Shown piece by piece: positions 8,765 to 19,400 of a stretch of 64,000 bases of DNA (position 1 is its first letter; each line of letters opens with the position of its first letter). The DNA comes from an uncultured Clostridia bacterium (GTDB lineage Bacteria > Bacillota > Clostridia > Christensenellales > Borkfalkiaceae). The stretch lies in assembly GCA_947625385.1 (NCBI GenBank), contig CANQOB010000006.1, positions 815 to 64,814 on the forward strand, given 5' to 3'. The notes under the pieces were generated by a model. That model searched no databases, was not told the origin of the DNA, and saw nothing but the letters and a program-made list of their open reading frames with translations. The position numbers and the translations under genes were made by a program.

Positions 8765-9259
8765 ATGAAAAAGGTAGCAGTCATCATGGGGTCGGATTCC
8801 GACCTGCCCGTCGTCGAAAAGGCGATCGGCGTCTTGCGCGAGTTGGAGATTCCCTTCGAGGTCCGCGTCTGTTCCGCACACCGTACCCCCGCCGAGGCGA
8901 GAGATCTCGCCCTGCATGCGGAGGAGAACGGATTCGGCGTCATGATCGCCGCCGCGGGCATGGCGGCGCATCTCGCGGGCGCGATCGCCGCAAACTGCGT
9001 GCTGCCCGTCATCGGGATTCCCGTCAAGAGCGGCGGACTCGGCGGGATGGACGCGCTCCTTTCGACGGTGCAGATGCCCTCCGGGATTCCCGTGGCTGCC
9101 GTTGCCATAGACGGCGCGAAGAATGCGGCGTATCTCGCCGCGGAGATCCTCGCCGTTTCCGAGCCCGCGCTTGCGGACAAGCTCCGCGCGCTCAGGTGCG
9201 CGGCGGCGGAGGAAGTGCTCGAAAAGGACCGGAAACTTTCCGCAAAGTTCCGTCCGTAA
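8765..9259 (+). CDS. purE: N5-carboxyaminoimidazole ribonucleotide mutase (class I PurE)
   Basis: VAVIMGSDSDLPV and the class I signature CSAHRTP. SD AAGGAG is present. Confidence 0.9.
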   Translation: MKKVAVIMGSDSDLPVVEKAIGVLRELEIPFEVRVCSAHRTPAEARDLALHAEENGFGVMIAAAGMAAHLAGAIAANCVLPVIGIPVKSGGLGGMDALLSTVQMPSGIPVAAVAIDGAKNAAYLAAEILAVSEPALADKLRALRCAAAEEVLEKDRKLSAKFRP

Positions 9260-9325
9260 GGCGTCCCGCGCCATGCGCGGCGCGCCGAAATCTTGAAATT
9301 CTTTTCTTTTTAAGGAGATACAGGT

Positions 9326-10039
9326 ATGGAAAAAAGATCGCAGATCTATGAAGGCAAGGCAAAGAAAGTGTATGCAACGGACGACGAGAATCTCTGCATC
9401 GTCTCCTATAAGGATGACGCGACTGCTTTCAACGGATTGAAGAAGGGGACCATCGTCGGGAAGGGCGTCGTCAACAACCGCATGACCAATATGATGATGC
9501 AACTCCTTGAACAGAGGGGCGTTCCCACCCACTTCGTCCAAGAGCTCTCCGAGCGCGACACCCTCGTCAAACGGGTCAAGATCGTGCCCCTCGAAGTCAT
9601 CATCCGCAACGTCTCCGCGGGGAGCTTTGCCAAGCGCTACGGCGTGGAGGAGGGCATTCCCTTCGACGAACCGACCATCGAGTTCTCCTATAAGAACGAC
9701 GACCTCGGCGACCCGCTCATCAACGACTACCATGCGATCGCTTTGAAACTTGCGACCAAAGAGGAGATCGCGCTCATCAAGGAATACGCGTTCAAGGTCA
9801 ACGACGTGCTCAAAGAATACTTCCTCTCCCTCGGCGTGCGGCTCATCGACTTCAAGCTCGAGTTTGGCAAGACCGCGGACGGGAAGATCGTGCTCGCCGA
9901 CGAGATCTCTCCCGACACCTGCCGCTTCTGGGACGCCGAGACGGGCGAAAAGCTCGACAAGGATCGCTTCCGCCGCGACCTCGGCGGGGTGGAGGAAGCG
10001 TACAGGGAGATCTTCAAGCGGGTGACGGGCGCAAACTGA
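9326..10039 (+). CDS. purC: SAICAR synthetase
   Basis: [10 protein letters not shown] ... [13 protein letters not shown], typical of PurC. Confidence 0.9.
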   Translation: MEKRSQIYEGKAKKVYATDDENLCIVSYKDDATAFNGLKKGTIVGKGVVNNRMTNMMMQLLEQRGVPTHFVQELSERDTLVKRVKIVPLEVIIRNVSAGSFAKRYGVEEGIPFDEPTIEFSYKNDDLGDPLINDYHAIALKLATKEEIALIKEYAFKVNDVLKEYFLSLGVRLIDFKLEFGKTADGKIVLADEISPDTCRFWDAETGEKLDKDRFRRDLGGVEEAYREIFKRVTGAN

Positions 10040-10071
10040 GCCGCCGCGGAAAAAGAGAATAAGAGGTTTTT

Positions 10072-11523
10072 ATGAGTAACATCCATGAGGAATGCGGCGT
10101 GTTCGGCGTGTTCGCGCCCCAAAGGCAGGATGTGGCGAGCACCGCATACTATGCGCTCTTCGCCCTGCAACACAGGGGACAGGAGTCGGCGGGAATCGTC
10201 GTCAACGACGACGGTGTTTTCCGCACCTACAAGGACGCGGGGCTCGTCAACGACGTCTTTACGGCGCGTCATCTCTCGCGCCTCGGCGAGGGGAACATGG
10301 CGGTCGGACATGTGCGCTATTCCACGACGGGAGGGGGCGGAAGAGAGAACGCGCAGCCCGTCGTCGTCAACCACCTCAAAGGCAATATGGCGCTCGCGCA
10401 CAACGGCAATCTCGTCAACGCCTATGAGCTGCGGACAGAGCTCGAAAACGAGGGGAGCATCTTCCATACGACCTCGGACAGCGAGGTCATCGCCTACATC
10501 ATCACCAAGGAGCGCGTGCGCTCGCATTCCATCGAGGAGGCGGTCCTCGCCGCGATGGACAGGCTGAAAGGGGCGTATTCCGTCGTCGTGATGTCGCCCT
10601 CCAAGCTCATCGCTCTGCGCGATCCGCACGGGTTCCGTCCGCTCTGCTACGGCAAGAGGGACGACGGCGCGTATGTCGTCGCTTCGGAATCCTGCGCGCT
10701 CGACGCGATCGGCGCCACGCTCATCCGCGAGATCGAGCCCGGGGAGATGCTCGTCTTTACCAAGGACGGCATCGTCAGCAACCGCGACCACTGCACGAGT
10801 TCCCATCATCTGTGCGTGTTCGAATATCTCTATGTCGCGCGTCCCGACAGCGTTATCGACGGGCATTCGGTGCACGAGGCGAGAAAACAGGCGGGAAGAT
10901 TCCTCGCCGAGCAGTATCATATCGATGCGGACGTCGTTGTCGGTGTGCCCGATTCGGGGCTGGACGCCGCCTACGGCTATGCGGAGGCATCGGGCATTCC
11001 CTATGCCATCGGATTCATCAAAAACAAATACATCGGCCGTACCTTCATTGCCCCCGGGCAGGCGGCGAGGGAGGACAGGGTGCGCATCAAGCTCAACGTC
11101 CTCAAAGCCGCCATCGAGAACAAGCGCGTGGTGCTCGTCGACGACAGCATCGTGCGCGGCACGACGTGCGGAAGAATCGTCAAACTTCTGCGCGACGCGG
11201 GCGCGAAAGAGGTGCACATGCTCTCCTCGGCGCCGCCCTTTCTCAATCCCTGCTATTACGGCACGGATATCGATTCCAAGGAAAACCTCATCGCGTGCCA
11301 CCACAGCGTGCCCGAGATCGCCGAGATCATCGGTGCGGACAGCGTGGGGTACCTCGATCTCGCCAAGGTGAGCCTCCTCACGCACGGGGACGGCACGGGA
11401 TTCTGCTGTGCCTGTTTCGACGGGAACTATCCCACGCAGGAGCCCTCGGTGAGCGCAAAGAGCAGATTCGAGCGGTGGGAGCGTCCCATCAGCGAAAATC
11501 CGAAATACAAGAAGGGAGAATGA
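10072..11523 (+). CDS. purF: Amidophosphoribosyltransferase
   Basis: N-terminal nucleophile ECGVFGV, a PRTase motif VVLVDDSIVRGTT, and C-terminal Cys residues. Confidence 0.92.
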   Translation: MSNIHEECGVFGVFAPQRQDVASTAYYALFALQHRGQESAGIVVNDDGVFRTYKDAGLVNDVFTARHLSRLGEGNMAVGHVRYSTTGGGGRENAQPVVVNHLKGNMALAHNGNLVNAYELRTELENEGSIFHTTSDSEVIAYIITKERVRSHSIEEAVLAAMDRLKGAYSVVVMSPSKLIALRDPHGFRPLCYGKRDDGAYVVASESCALDAIGATLIREIEPGEMLVFTKDGIVSNRDHCTSSHHLCVFEYLYVARPDSVIDGHSVHEARKQAGRFLAEQYHIDADVVVGVPDSGLDAAYGYAEASGIPYAIGFIKNKYIGRTFIAPGQAAREDRVRIKLNVLKAAIENKRVVLVDDSIVRGTTCGRIVKLLRDAGAKEVHMLSSAPPFLNPCYYGTDIDSKENLIACHHSVPEIAEIIGADSVGYLDLAKVSLLTHGDGTGFCCACFDGNYPTQEPSVSAKSRFERWERPISENPKYKKGE

Positions 11524-11524
11524 T

Positions 11525-12556
11525 ATGAAGAGCTTCTCGGAGAGTTACAAGCAGGCGGGCGTGGATATCACGGCGGGCTACCGTGCGGTGGAGCTCATGA
11601 AAGAGCATGTCGCGCGCACCATGCCGGACGGAAAGGCGGACATCGGCGGCTTCGGCGGTCTCTTTCCGCTCGCGCTCGGCGGGATGAAGGAGCCCGTGCT
11701 CGTCTCGGGCACGGACGGCGTGGGCACCAAGCTCCGCATCGCCCAGCTCATGGAGGTGGACGACACCATCGGCATCGATTGCGTGGCGATGTGCGTCAAC
11801 GATATCCTCTGCTGCGGCGCAAAGCCGCTCTTTTTCCTCGACTATATCGCGTGCGGAAAGAATTTCCCCGAGAAGATCGCGCGAATCGTCGGCGGCGTGG
11901 CGGAAGGCTGCGTGCGGGCGGGCTGCGCCCTCATCGGCGGCGAAACGGCGGAACATCCCGGTACCATGTCCGAGACGGACTATGATATCGCGGGGTTTGC
12001 GGTCGGAATCGTCGACAAAGCAAAGATCATCGACAATACCAAAATGAAGGCGGGGGATGTCATGCTTGCGCTCCCCTCCACGGGCGTCCATTCCAACGGA
12101 TTTTCCCTCGTGAGAAAGGTGTTCGACGTCGAGAATATCGACCTCATGCAGCCCGTGGAAGAGCTCGGAGGGGCTTCCCTCGGGGAGACGCTGCTTGCGC
12201 CCACCGCGATCTATGTGAAGCCCATGCTTGCGCTCTTCGAAAAGGTCGAAGCGCTCGGCGTCTCGCACATCACGGGCGGCGGCTTCTATGAAAATATGCC
12301 CCGTTCCCTGCCCGAAGGGCTCGGGGTGCGGATCGCCAAAAAAGACGTCAAGATCCCGCCCGTGTTCGAGCTCATCCGCTTGCGCGGAGGCATCACCGAG
12401 CACGACATGTTCAACACCTTCAATATGGGGGTGGGGATGAGCGTCGTCGTGCGCAGAGAGGATGTGCCGAGGGCGGTCTCCGTCCTCCGCCGCTTCGGCG
12501 TGGACGCCTATGTGCTCGGCGAGATCGTAAAGGGCGAGGGCGTGGAGATCGTATAG
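11525..12556 (+). CDS. purM: AIR synthetase (phosphoribosylformylglycinamidine cyclo-ligase)
   Basis: SGTDGVGTKL and HITGGGF motifs. Confidence 0.92.
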   Translation: MKSFSESYKQAGVDITAGYRAVELMKEHVARTMPDGKADIGGFGGLFPLALGGMKEPVLVSGTDGVGTKLRIAQLMEVDDTIGIDCVAMCVNDILCCGAKPLFFLDYIACGKNFPEKIARIVGGVAEGCVRAGCALIGGETAEHPGTMSETDYDIAGFAVGIVDKAKIIDNTKMKAGDVMLALPSTGVHSNGFSLVRKVFDVENIDLMQPVEELGGASLGETLLAPTAIYVKPMLALFEKVEALGVSHITGGGFYENMPRSLPEGLGVRIAKKDVKIPPVFELIRLRGGITEHDMFNTFNMGVGMSVVVRREDVPRAVSVLRRFGVDAYVLGEIVKGEGVEIV

Positions 12557-12558
12557 CG

Positions 12559-13170
12559 ATGGAAAAGGTGAGAATCGCCGTCCTCTGTTCGGGCGGCGGC
12601 ACAAATTTTCAGGCGATTTATAACGCATGGGAGGCGGGACTCATTCCCGACGGCGAGATCGTGCTCGTCGTCTGCGACCATGCGGGCGCGTTCGTTGCGG
12701 AGCGGGCAAGGCGTGCGGGAATCCCCTGCGCCGTGTTCGACCGCAAGGAAATTCCCGACCGCACCATGCGGGAGAGGGAGATTCTCGATTGCCTCAAACG
12801 GCATGACATCGGGCTCGTTGTGTTTGCGGGGTTCATGACGATTTTGAGCGAGAACTTCGTAAAAGCATACGAGGGGCGCGCGATCAATATCCATCCCGCG
12901 CTCCTGCCGAGCTTCGGCGGGAAGGGATATTACGGCTTGCATGTGCATGAAGCCGTAATAAGAGCGGGGGTGAAGGTGACGGGCGCGACCGTCCACTTCG
13001 TCACCGCAGAGTGCGACGCGGGTCCCATCATCGCGCAGAAAGCGGTGGAAGTCAAGGAGGGGGATACGCCCGAGGCGCTGCAAAAGCGCGTGATGCGCGA
13101 GGCGGAGTGGGTCATCTTCCCCGAAGCGGTGGAAACGGTCTGCCGTCAGCTGCGGCAGCCGAATACTTAA
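12559..13170 (+). CDS. purN: GAR formyltransferase
   Basis: SGGGTNFQAI, NIHPALLPSFGG and HFVTAECDAGPII motifs. Confidence 0.9.
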   Translation: MEKVRIAVLCSGGGTNFQAIYNAWEAGLIPDGEIVLVVCDHAGAFVAERARRAGIPCAVFDRKEIPDRTMREREILDCLKRHDIGLVVFAGFMTILSENFVKAYEGRAINIHPALLPSFGGKGYYGLHVHEAVIRAGVKVTGATVHFVTAECDAGPIIAQKAVEVKEGDTPEALQKRVMREAEWVIFPEAVETVCRQLRQPNT

Positions 13171-13199
13171 AAGAAAAAAGATAAGGAGGGCAGGCAGAA

Positions 13200-13916
13200 A
13201 TGAGAAAGAGCATGCAGAAGCTGCTGGCGGCAAACACGTATCCGGGAAGAGGAATCGTCGTCGGCAAATCCAAGGACGGCAGAAAAGCCATCTTCGCCTA
13301 CTTCATCATGGGCAGAAGCGAGAACAGCCGCAACCGCGTGTTCGCCGAGTACGGCGACGAAGTGAGAACGGAGCCCTTCGACAGGAGCAAGGTCATCGAC
13401 CCCTCGCTCATCATCTATTCCCCCGTCAAGGTCGTGGAGCGCGACATCATCGTCACCAACGGCGACCAGACGGATACCATCGAACAGTCTCTGAAAGAGG
13501 GGAGATGCTTCCGTCACGCGCTCATGTCGCGCACGTTCGAGCCGGACGACCCCAACTTCACCCCCCGCATCAGCGCGATCATGCACCTCGGCAGAAAGAT
13601 CTCCGACTACTGCTACGAGCTCGCGATCGTCAAGAGCGCGGACGGCAAGGGCAAAAAGACGAACCGCTTTTTCTTCACCTATGAGCCCGAAAACGGGACG
13701 GGACACTTCCTCCACACGTACAAACGGGACGGGAATCCGCTCCCTTCCTTTGAGGGAGAGCCCGTCCGCGTGAAGATTCCCGCGAGCGCAAAGGAGTTCG
13801 CGGACGAGATCTGGGAAAACCTCAATGAGGACAACAAGATCTCCCTCGTCGTGCGTTCCGTAGATCTGAGGACGGGCGCCGTCGAAAGCATTCTCATCAA
13901 CCGCCACACGAGGTGA
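13200..13916 (+). CDS. IMP cyclohydrolase, PurO-like (IMP_cyclohyd family)
   Basis: YPGRGIVVGKS ... AYFIMGRSENSRNR resembles the stand-alone archaeal-type IMP cyclohydrolase. It sits exactly where the PurH cyclohydrolase domain would be expected. Confidence 0.75.
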   Translation: MRKSMQKLLAANTYPGRGIVVGKSKDGRKAIFAYFIMGRSENSRNRVFAEYGDEVRTEPFDRSKVIDPSLIIYSPVKVVERDIIVTNGDQTDTIEQSLKEGRCFRHALMSRTFEPDDPNFTPRISAIMHLGRKISDYCYELAIVKSADGKGKKTNRFFFTYEPENGTGHFLHTYKRDGNPLPSFEGEPVRVKIPASAKEFADEIWENLNEDNKISLVVRSVDLRTGAVESILINRHTR

Positions 13917-13921
13917 AACGC

Positions 13922-15106
13922 ATGAAAGAATTTTCTCTGAAATACGGCTGCAATCCCAACCAGAAGCCCGCGCGCATCTTTATGGCGGACGGCTCCGAGC
14001 TGCCCGTCGAGATTCTCAACGGCAAACCGGGCTATATCAACTTCCTCGACGCGTTCAATTCGTGGCAGCTCGTCAAGGAGATCAAGGAAAATACGGGGAT
14101 GGTCGCGGCGACGAGCTTCAAGCACGTTTCGCCGACCTCCGCCGCGGTGGGCAAAAAGCTCTCGCCCGCCCTGAAAAAATCCTGTTTCGTGGAAGATATC
14201 GAGGGGCTGGACGACAGCCCGCTCGCCTGCGCCTACGCGCGCGCACGGGGCACCGACCGCATGTCCTCCTTCGGGGACTGGATAGCGCTCTCCGACGAGT
14301 GCGACGAGGTGACCGCGCGCATCATCGCACGCGAGGTCTCGGACGGCATCATCGCCCCCGGTTATTCCCCCGCGGCGCTCGGGATTCTCAAAGCCAAGCG
14401 CAAAGGGGGATATAACATCGTGCGCATCGACCCCGCCTATACGCCCGCGGAGATCGAGCGCAAGCAGGTGTTCGGCATCACTTTCGAGCAGGGGAGAAAC
14501 AATTTCAAGATCGACCGTGCGCTCCTTTCCAATATCGTGACGGAGAATACGGTTTTGCCCGCGGACAAGGCGATCGACCTCATCATCTCCCTCATCACGC
14601 TCAAATACACGCAGTCCAATTCCGTCTGTTTTGCGACGGACGGGCAGGCGATCGGCGTTGGCGCGGGACAGCAGTCGCGCATCCATTGCACCCGCCTTGC
14701 GGCACAGAAAGCCGACCTGTGGCACCTGCGCCAGCATGAGAAAGTGCTCTCTTTGCAGTTTGCGGACGGCGTGGGCAGACCCGAAAAGAACAATCTCATC
14801 GACCTCTACCTCTCGGACGACGCGGAGGACGTCATCGGCGAGGGCGTGTGGCGGGACAATTTCAAAGTGCGTCCCGCGCCCTTCTCCCGCGAAGAAAAGG
14901 CGGAATATCTGAAAACGATCTCGGGCGTTTCGCTCGGGAGCGACGCCTTCTTCCCCTTCTCCGACAACATCGAGCGCGCCTATAAAAGCGGCGTCTCCTA
15001 TGTCGCCGAACCGGGCGGCTCCGTGCGCGACGACCTCGTTATCGAGGCTGCGAACCGCCACGGCATGGTGATGGCGTTCACGGGGATGAGACTGTTCCAT
15101 CACTGA
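13922..15106 (+). CDS. purH: AICAR formyltransferase (the PurH AICARFT domain only)
   Basis: KYGCNPNQ and GVGAGQQSRIHC motifs, with no MGS-like cyclohydrolase domain. ATG at 13922 has SD GAGGTG; the track ORF starts at GTG 13913. Confidence 0.85.
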   Translation: MKEFSLKYGCNPNQKPARIFMADGSELPVEILNGKPGYINFLDAFNSWQLVKEIKENTGMVAATSFKHVSPTSAAVGKKLSPALKKSCFVEDIEGLDDSPLACAYARARGTDRMSSFGDWIALSDECDEVTARIIAREVSDGIIAPGYSPAALGILKAKRKGGYNIVRIDPAYTPAEIERKQVFGITFEQGRNNFKIDRALLSNIVTENTVLPADKAIDLIISLITLKYTQSNSVCFATDGQAIGVGAGQQSRIHCTRLAAQKADLWHLRQHEKVLSLQFADGVGRPEKNNLIDLYLSDDAEDVIGEGVWRDNFKVRPAPFSREEKAEYLKTISGVSLGSDAFFPFSDNIERAYKSGVSYVAEPGGSVRDDLVIEAANRHGMVMAFTGMRLFHH

Positions 15107-15139
15107 GACCGTACGGCGAAGAACATATTCGGAGGAATC

Positions 15140-16411
15140 ATGGATATTTTGGTGATCGGGGGCGGCGGAAGAGAACATGCCGTCATCAAGAGTCTGAAAA
15201 AGAGCAAACGGTGCGGGAAAATCTACTGTCTCCCCGGAAACGGCGGCATCGCCGCGGACGCGGAGTGCTTCCCCGTCAAGGCGACGGATATCGGCGGCAT
15301 CGTGGCGTTTGCCAAGGAGCACCGCGTGGACTTTGCCGTCGTCACCCCGGACGATCCGCTCGTCCTCGGCTGCGTCGACGCGCTCGAAGAGATCGGCGTT
15401 CCCTGCTTCGGTCCGAACAGGGACGCGGCGATCTTGGAGGGCAGTAAAGTCTTTTCCAAAAATCTGATGCTGAAATACGGCATTCCCACGGCGGCGGCGA
15501 GAGAATTCGACGACCCCATGTCCGCGATCGGGTATCTGAAAACGTGCGATTTCCCCGTCGTCATCAAGGCGGACGGGCTGGCGCTCGGCAAGGGCGTCGT
15601 CATCGCCGCGACCTTCGAAGAGGCGCAATGCGCAGTCACGGATATGATGCTCTCCAAGGTGTTCGGCGAGAGCGGGAGCCGCATCCTCATCGAGGAATTT
15701 CTGACGGGACCCGAGGTATCCGTTCTCTCCTTTACGGACGGAAAGACGGTGGTGCCGATGGTCTCCTCCATGGACCACAAGCGCGCCTTTGACGGCGACG
15801 AGGGTCCGAATACGGGCGGCATGGGTACGGTCGCGCCCAATCCCTACTATACGCCCGAGATCGCAGAGCGGTGCATGCGCGAGATCTTTTTGCCGACCGT
15901 GCGCGCGATGGCGAGCGAGGGGAGACCTTTTTGCGGCTGTCTCTATTTCGGGCTCATGCTCACGCCGAAAGGTCCCAAAGTCATCGAATACAACTGCCGC
16001 TTCGGCGATCCCGAGACGCAGGTCGTGCTTCCGCTCCTGGAAAGCGACCTTCTCGAAATCATGCTTGCGGTCAGAAACGGGAGCCTTACCCCGGACATGG
16101 TACGCTTCTCTTCGGGCGCGTGCTGCTGCGTCGTGCTTGCCTCCAAGGGATATCCCAAGAAATACGAGACGGGGTTCGAGATCGAGATTCCGCGCACGGA
16201 GCGGGGAGAACAGATCTTCATCGCGGGCGCGAAGCGCGCGGACGGCAAGCTCTATACCTCGGGCGGAAGGGTGCTCGGCGCGGTCGCAACGGCGGATACC
16301 CTCAAAAACGCCGTCGAAAACGCGTACCGCCTTGCCCGCCGCATCCGGTTCGAAAACGCCGTGATGCGCAGCGACATCGGCGCACGCGCTCTTCGCGCGA
16401 GAGACGAATGA
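15140..16411 (+). CDS. purD: GAR synthetase (phosphoribosylamine-glycine ligase)
   Basis: ILVIGGGGREHA and an ATP-grasp region. SD GGAGGA is present. Confidence 0.92.
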   Translation: MDILVIGGGGREHAVIKSLKKSKRCGKIYCLPGNGGIAADAECFPVKATDIGGIVAFAKEHRVDFAVVTPDDPLVLGCVDALEEIGVPCFGPNRDAAILEGSKVFSKNLMLKYGIPTAAAREFDDPMSAIGYLKTCDFPVVIKADGLALGKGVVIAATFEEAQCAVTDMMLSKVFGESGSRILIEEFLTGPEVSVLSFTDGKTVVPMVSSMDHKRAFDGDEGPNTGGMGTVAPNPYYTPEIAERCMREIFLPTVRAMASEGRPFCGCLYFGLMLTPKGPKVIEYNCRFGDPETQVVLPLLESDLLEIMLAVRNGSLTPDMVRFSSGACCCVVLASKGYPKKYETGFEIEIPRTERGEQIFIAGAKRADGKLYTSGGRVLGAVATADTLKNAVENAYRLARRIRFENAVMRSDIGARALRARDE

Positions 16412-16490
16412 TCGGACGTCCGTAAAAGCGCAAAAGCGAATTCGCTCGTGAAATTTGTTGCCAAAACAAATTTCATGAAAGGAGAAATTT

Positions 16491-19400
16491 ATGGTTTACA
16501 GGGTGTACGTTGAGAAAAAAAGAGGATTCGACCATGAGGCGCAGACTCTCTTCGGCGAGTGCCGCGAACTTTTGAACCTCGGCGAGGTGGAGGGCGTCCG
16601 CATCCTCAACCGCTACGACGTCGAGGACATCGATGCGGACCTCTTTGACGTGGCGGTCAGGACGGTGTTCTCCGAGCCGCAGATGGACGTGGCGAGCGCG
16701 GGTGTGGACTTGAACGGCGCGCGCGTGTTCGCGACGGAGTTCCTGCCCGGGCAATTCGACCAGCGTGCGGACAGCGCGGCACAGTGCATCCAGCTCATCT
16801 CGATGGGCAAACGTCCCGTCATCCGCACGGCGAAGGTCTATGCGGTGTACGGGGAGAACGTCACCGAAGAGACGCTGTCCGCGCTCAAAAAATATGTCAT
16901 CAACCCCGTGGAGAGCAGGGAGGCGAGCCTTGCCATTCCCGCAACGCTGAAGATCGAGCATTCCATCCCCACCGAGGTGGAGACGCTGCACGGCTTCAAT
17001 GCGCTTGGTGCCGAAGAGCTCGCCGAATTCGTCAAACGGTACGCCCTCGCCATGGATGAGGACGACATCGCCTTCTGCCAGAATTATTTCCGCGGCGAGA
17101 GACGCGACCCCACGATCACGGAGATTCGCATGATCGATACCTATTGGTCCGATCACTGCCGCCATACCACCTTTCTCACGACGATCGACGGGGTGCATTT
17201 CGAGGACGAGCTCCTGCAAAAGACCTATGAAGAATACCTCGCGGCGCGCAGGGAACTCAGCCGCACCAAGCCCGTCAACCTCATGGATATCGGCACGATC
17301 GCGTGCAAACTTTTGAAAAAGCGCGGGCTGCTCGACAAACTCGACGAGAGCGAGGAGATCAACGCCTGCACCGTCAAGATCAAGGTCGACCGCGACGGAA
17401 CGAAAGAGGACTTTTTGCTCCTCTTCAAGAACGAGACGCACAACCATCCCACGGAGATCGAGCCCTTCGGGGGGGCGGCGACCTGCATCGGCGGTGCGAT
17501 CCGCGACCCGCTCTCGGGGCGGAGCTACGTCTATGCCGCCATGCGCGTGACGGGGGCGGGCGACCCGCTCGTGCCCGTCGGCGATACCCTTCCCGGGAAG
17601 CTTCCCCAGCGCAAGATCGTCACGACCGCTGCCGCGGGATATTCCTCCTACGGCAACCAGATCGGACTCGCGACGGGGCAGGTCGACGAAATGTATCATC
17701 CGGGATATGTCGCAAAGCGCCTCGAGATCGGAGCGGTCATTGCCGCGACGCCGGCGGAGAACGTGAGGCGGGAGCGTCCCGCGCCGGGGGATAAGGTCAT
17801 CCTTCTCGGCGGAAGGACGGGTCGGGACGGCTGCGGCGGGGCGACGGGGTCGTCCAAGTCGCACACCCTCGAATCCCTCTCCGTGTGCGGCGCGGAAGTC
17901 CAGAAGGGCAATGCGCCCGAGGAGCGCAAATTGCAGCGGCTCTTCCGCTCGCGGGAGGCGATGCTGCTCGTCAAGCGGTGCAATGACTTCGGCGCGGGCG
18001 GCGTGTCCGTCGCCATCGGAGAGCTCGCGGACGGGCTCGATATCGACCTCGACCTCGTTCCCAAAAAATATGACGGGCTCGACGGCACGGAGCTTGCGAT
18101 CTCGGAGAGCCAGGAGCGTATGGCGGTCGTCGTCGAGGCGGACAAGGCTATGCGGTTCATCGAGCTCGCGAACGAGGAAAACCTCGAAGCGACCGTCGTC
18201 GCCACGGTGACGGCTTCTCCCCGCCTCGTGATGCGCTGGAACGGAAAGGTCATCGTGAACGTTTCGCGCGAATTTTTGAATTCCAACGGCGCGGAGAAGC
18301 ACACCGACGTCGCTCCCGAAGCCTGCAAGGACTTCGCGCGGGAGATTCCCGGCACGTTCTCCGCGGGGCTGCGAAGCCTCGCTGCCGACCTCAACGTCTG
18401 TTCCAAGAGGGGACTTGCGGAACGGTTCGACAGCACCATCGGCGCGGGCACCGTGCTCATGCCCTTCGGCGGGAAGTACCAGATCACGCCGCCGCAAGCC
18501 ATGGTGCATCTCATCTCCTGCGAAACGGGTCACACCGACACCGTCTCCTATATGGCGTGGGGCGCAAATCCGTACATCGCCGAAAAGAGCCCTTACCACG
18601 GCGCGTATTTCGCCGTCGTGGAGAGCGTTGCAAAGCTCATCGCGAGCGGCGCGTCCTTCGATGACGTCTATCTCACCTTCCAGGAATATTTCTTAAAGCC
18701 CGGGAAGGAGCCCAAGCGCTGGGGGCAGCCGTTCGCGGCTCTTTTGGGCGCATTCAAGGCGCAATGCGATCTCGGCGTCGCCGCCGTCGGCGGAAAGGAT
18801 TCGATGAGCGGCACCTTTGAGCAGATCGACGTTCCGCCCACGCTCGTCTCCTTTGCGGTGACGACGGGGAATGTCTCCGAGACGATCTCTCCCGAGTTCA
18901 AGGGCGCGGGGCATAAAGTGGTTTTGCTGGAACCCGCCTATGACGAAAACGGCTTGCCCGTGCCGCAGTCGCTGATCGCCAATATGCGCACGGTGACGGC
19001 GCTCGCCCGCGCAAATAAAGTGCTCGCCTGCTTTACGCCCGGATACGGCGGCATAGCGGAGGGCATCATGAAGAGCTGCTTCGGGAACAGAATCGGCATC
19101 CGAATCGCGGACATGGTACCCCTGAAAACGATCTTCGAATATAAATACGGCGCGTTTGTCCTCGAACTTTCCGACGAGAGCGAGGTGGGGAGCGAGCTCG
19201 GCAGGACGACGGGTGCGGAGCTCATCGGTCACGGGCTGGATATCGTCTCCCTCGCCGAATTGCAGGCGGTCTATGAGAAAAAACTCGAGCCCGTGTATCC
19301 CTGCAACATTCCCGCCCCGAACCGTGCGGCGGAAAACTTTACCTTCGCCGAACGGGGGAATTTCTCCTCCCTTGTCAAGGCGGCGCGCCCGAAGGTGCTC

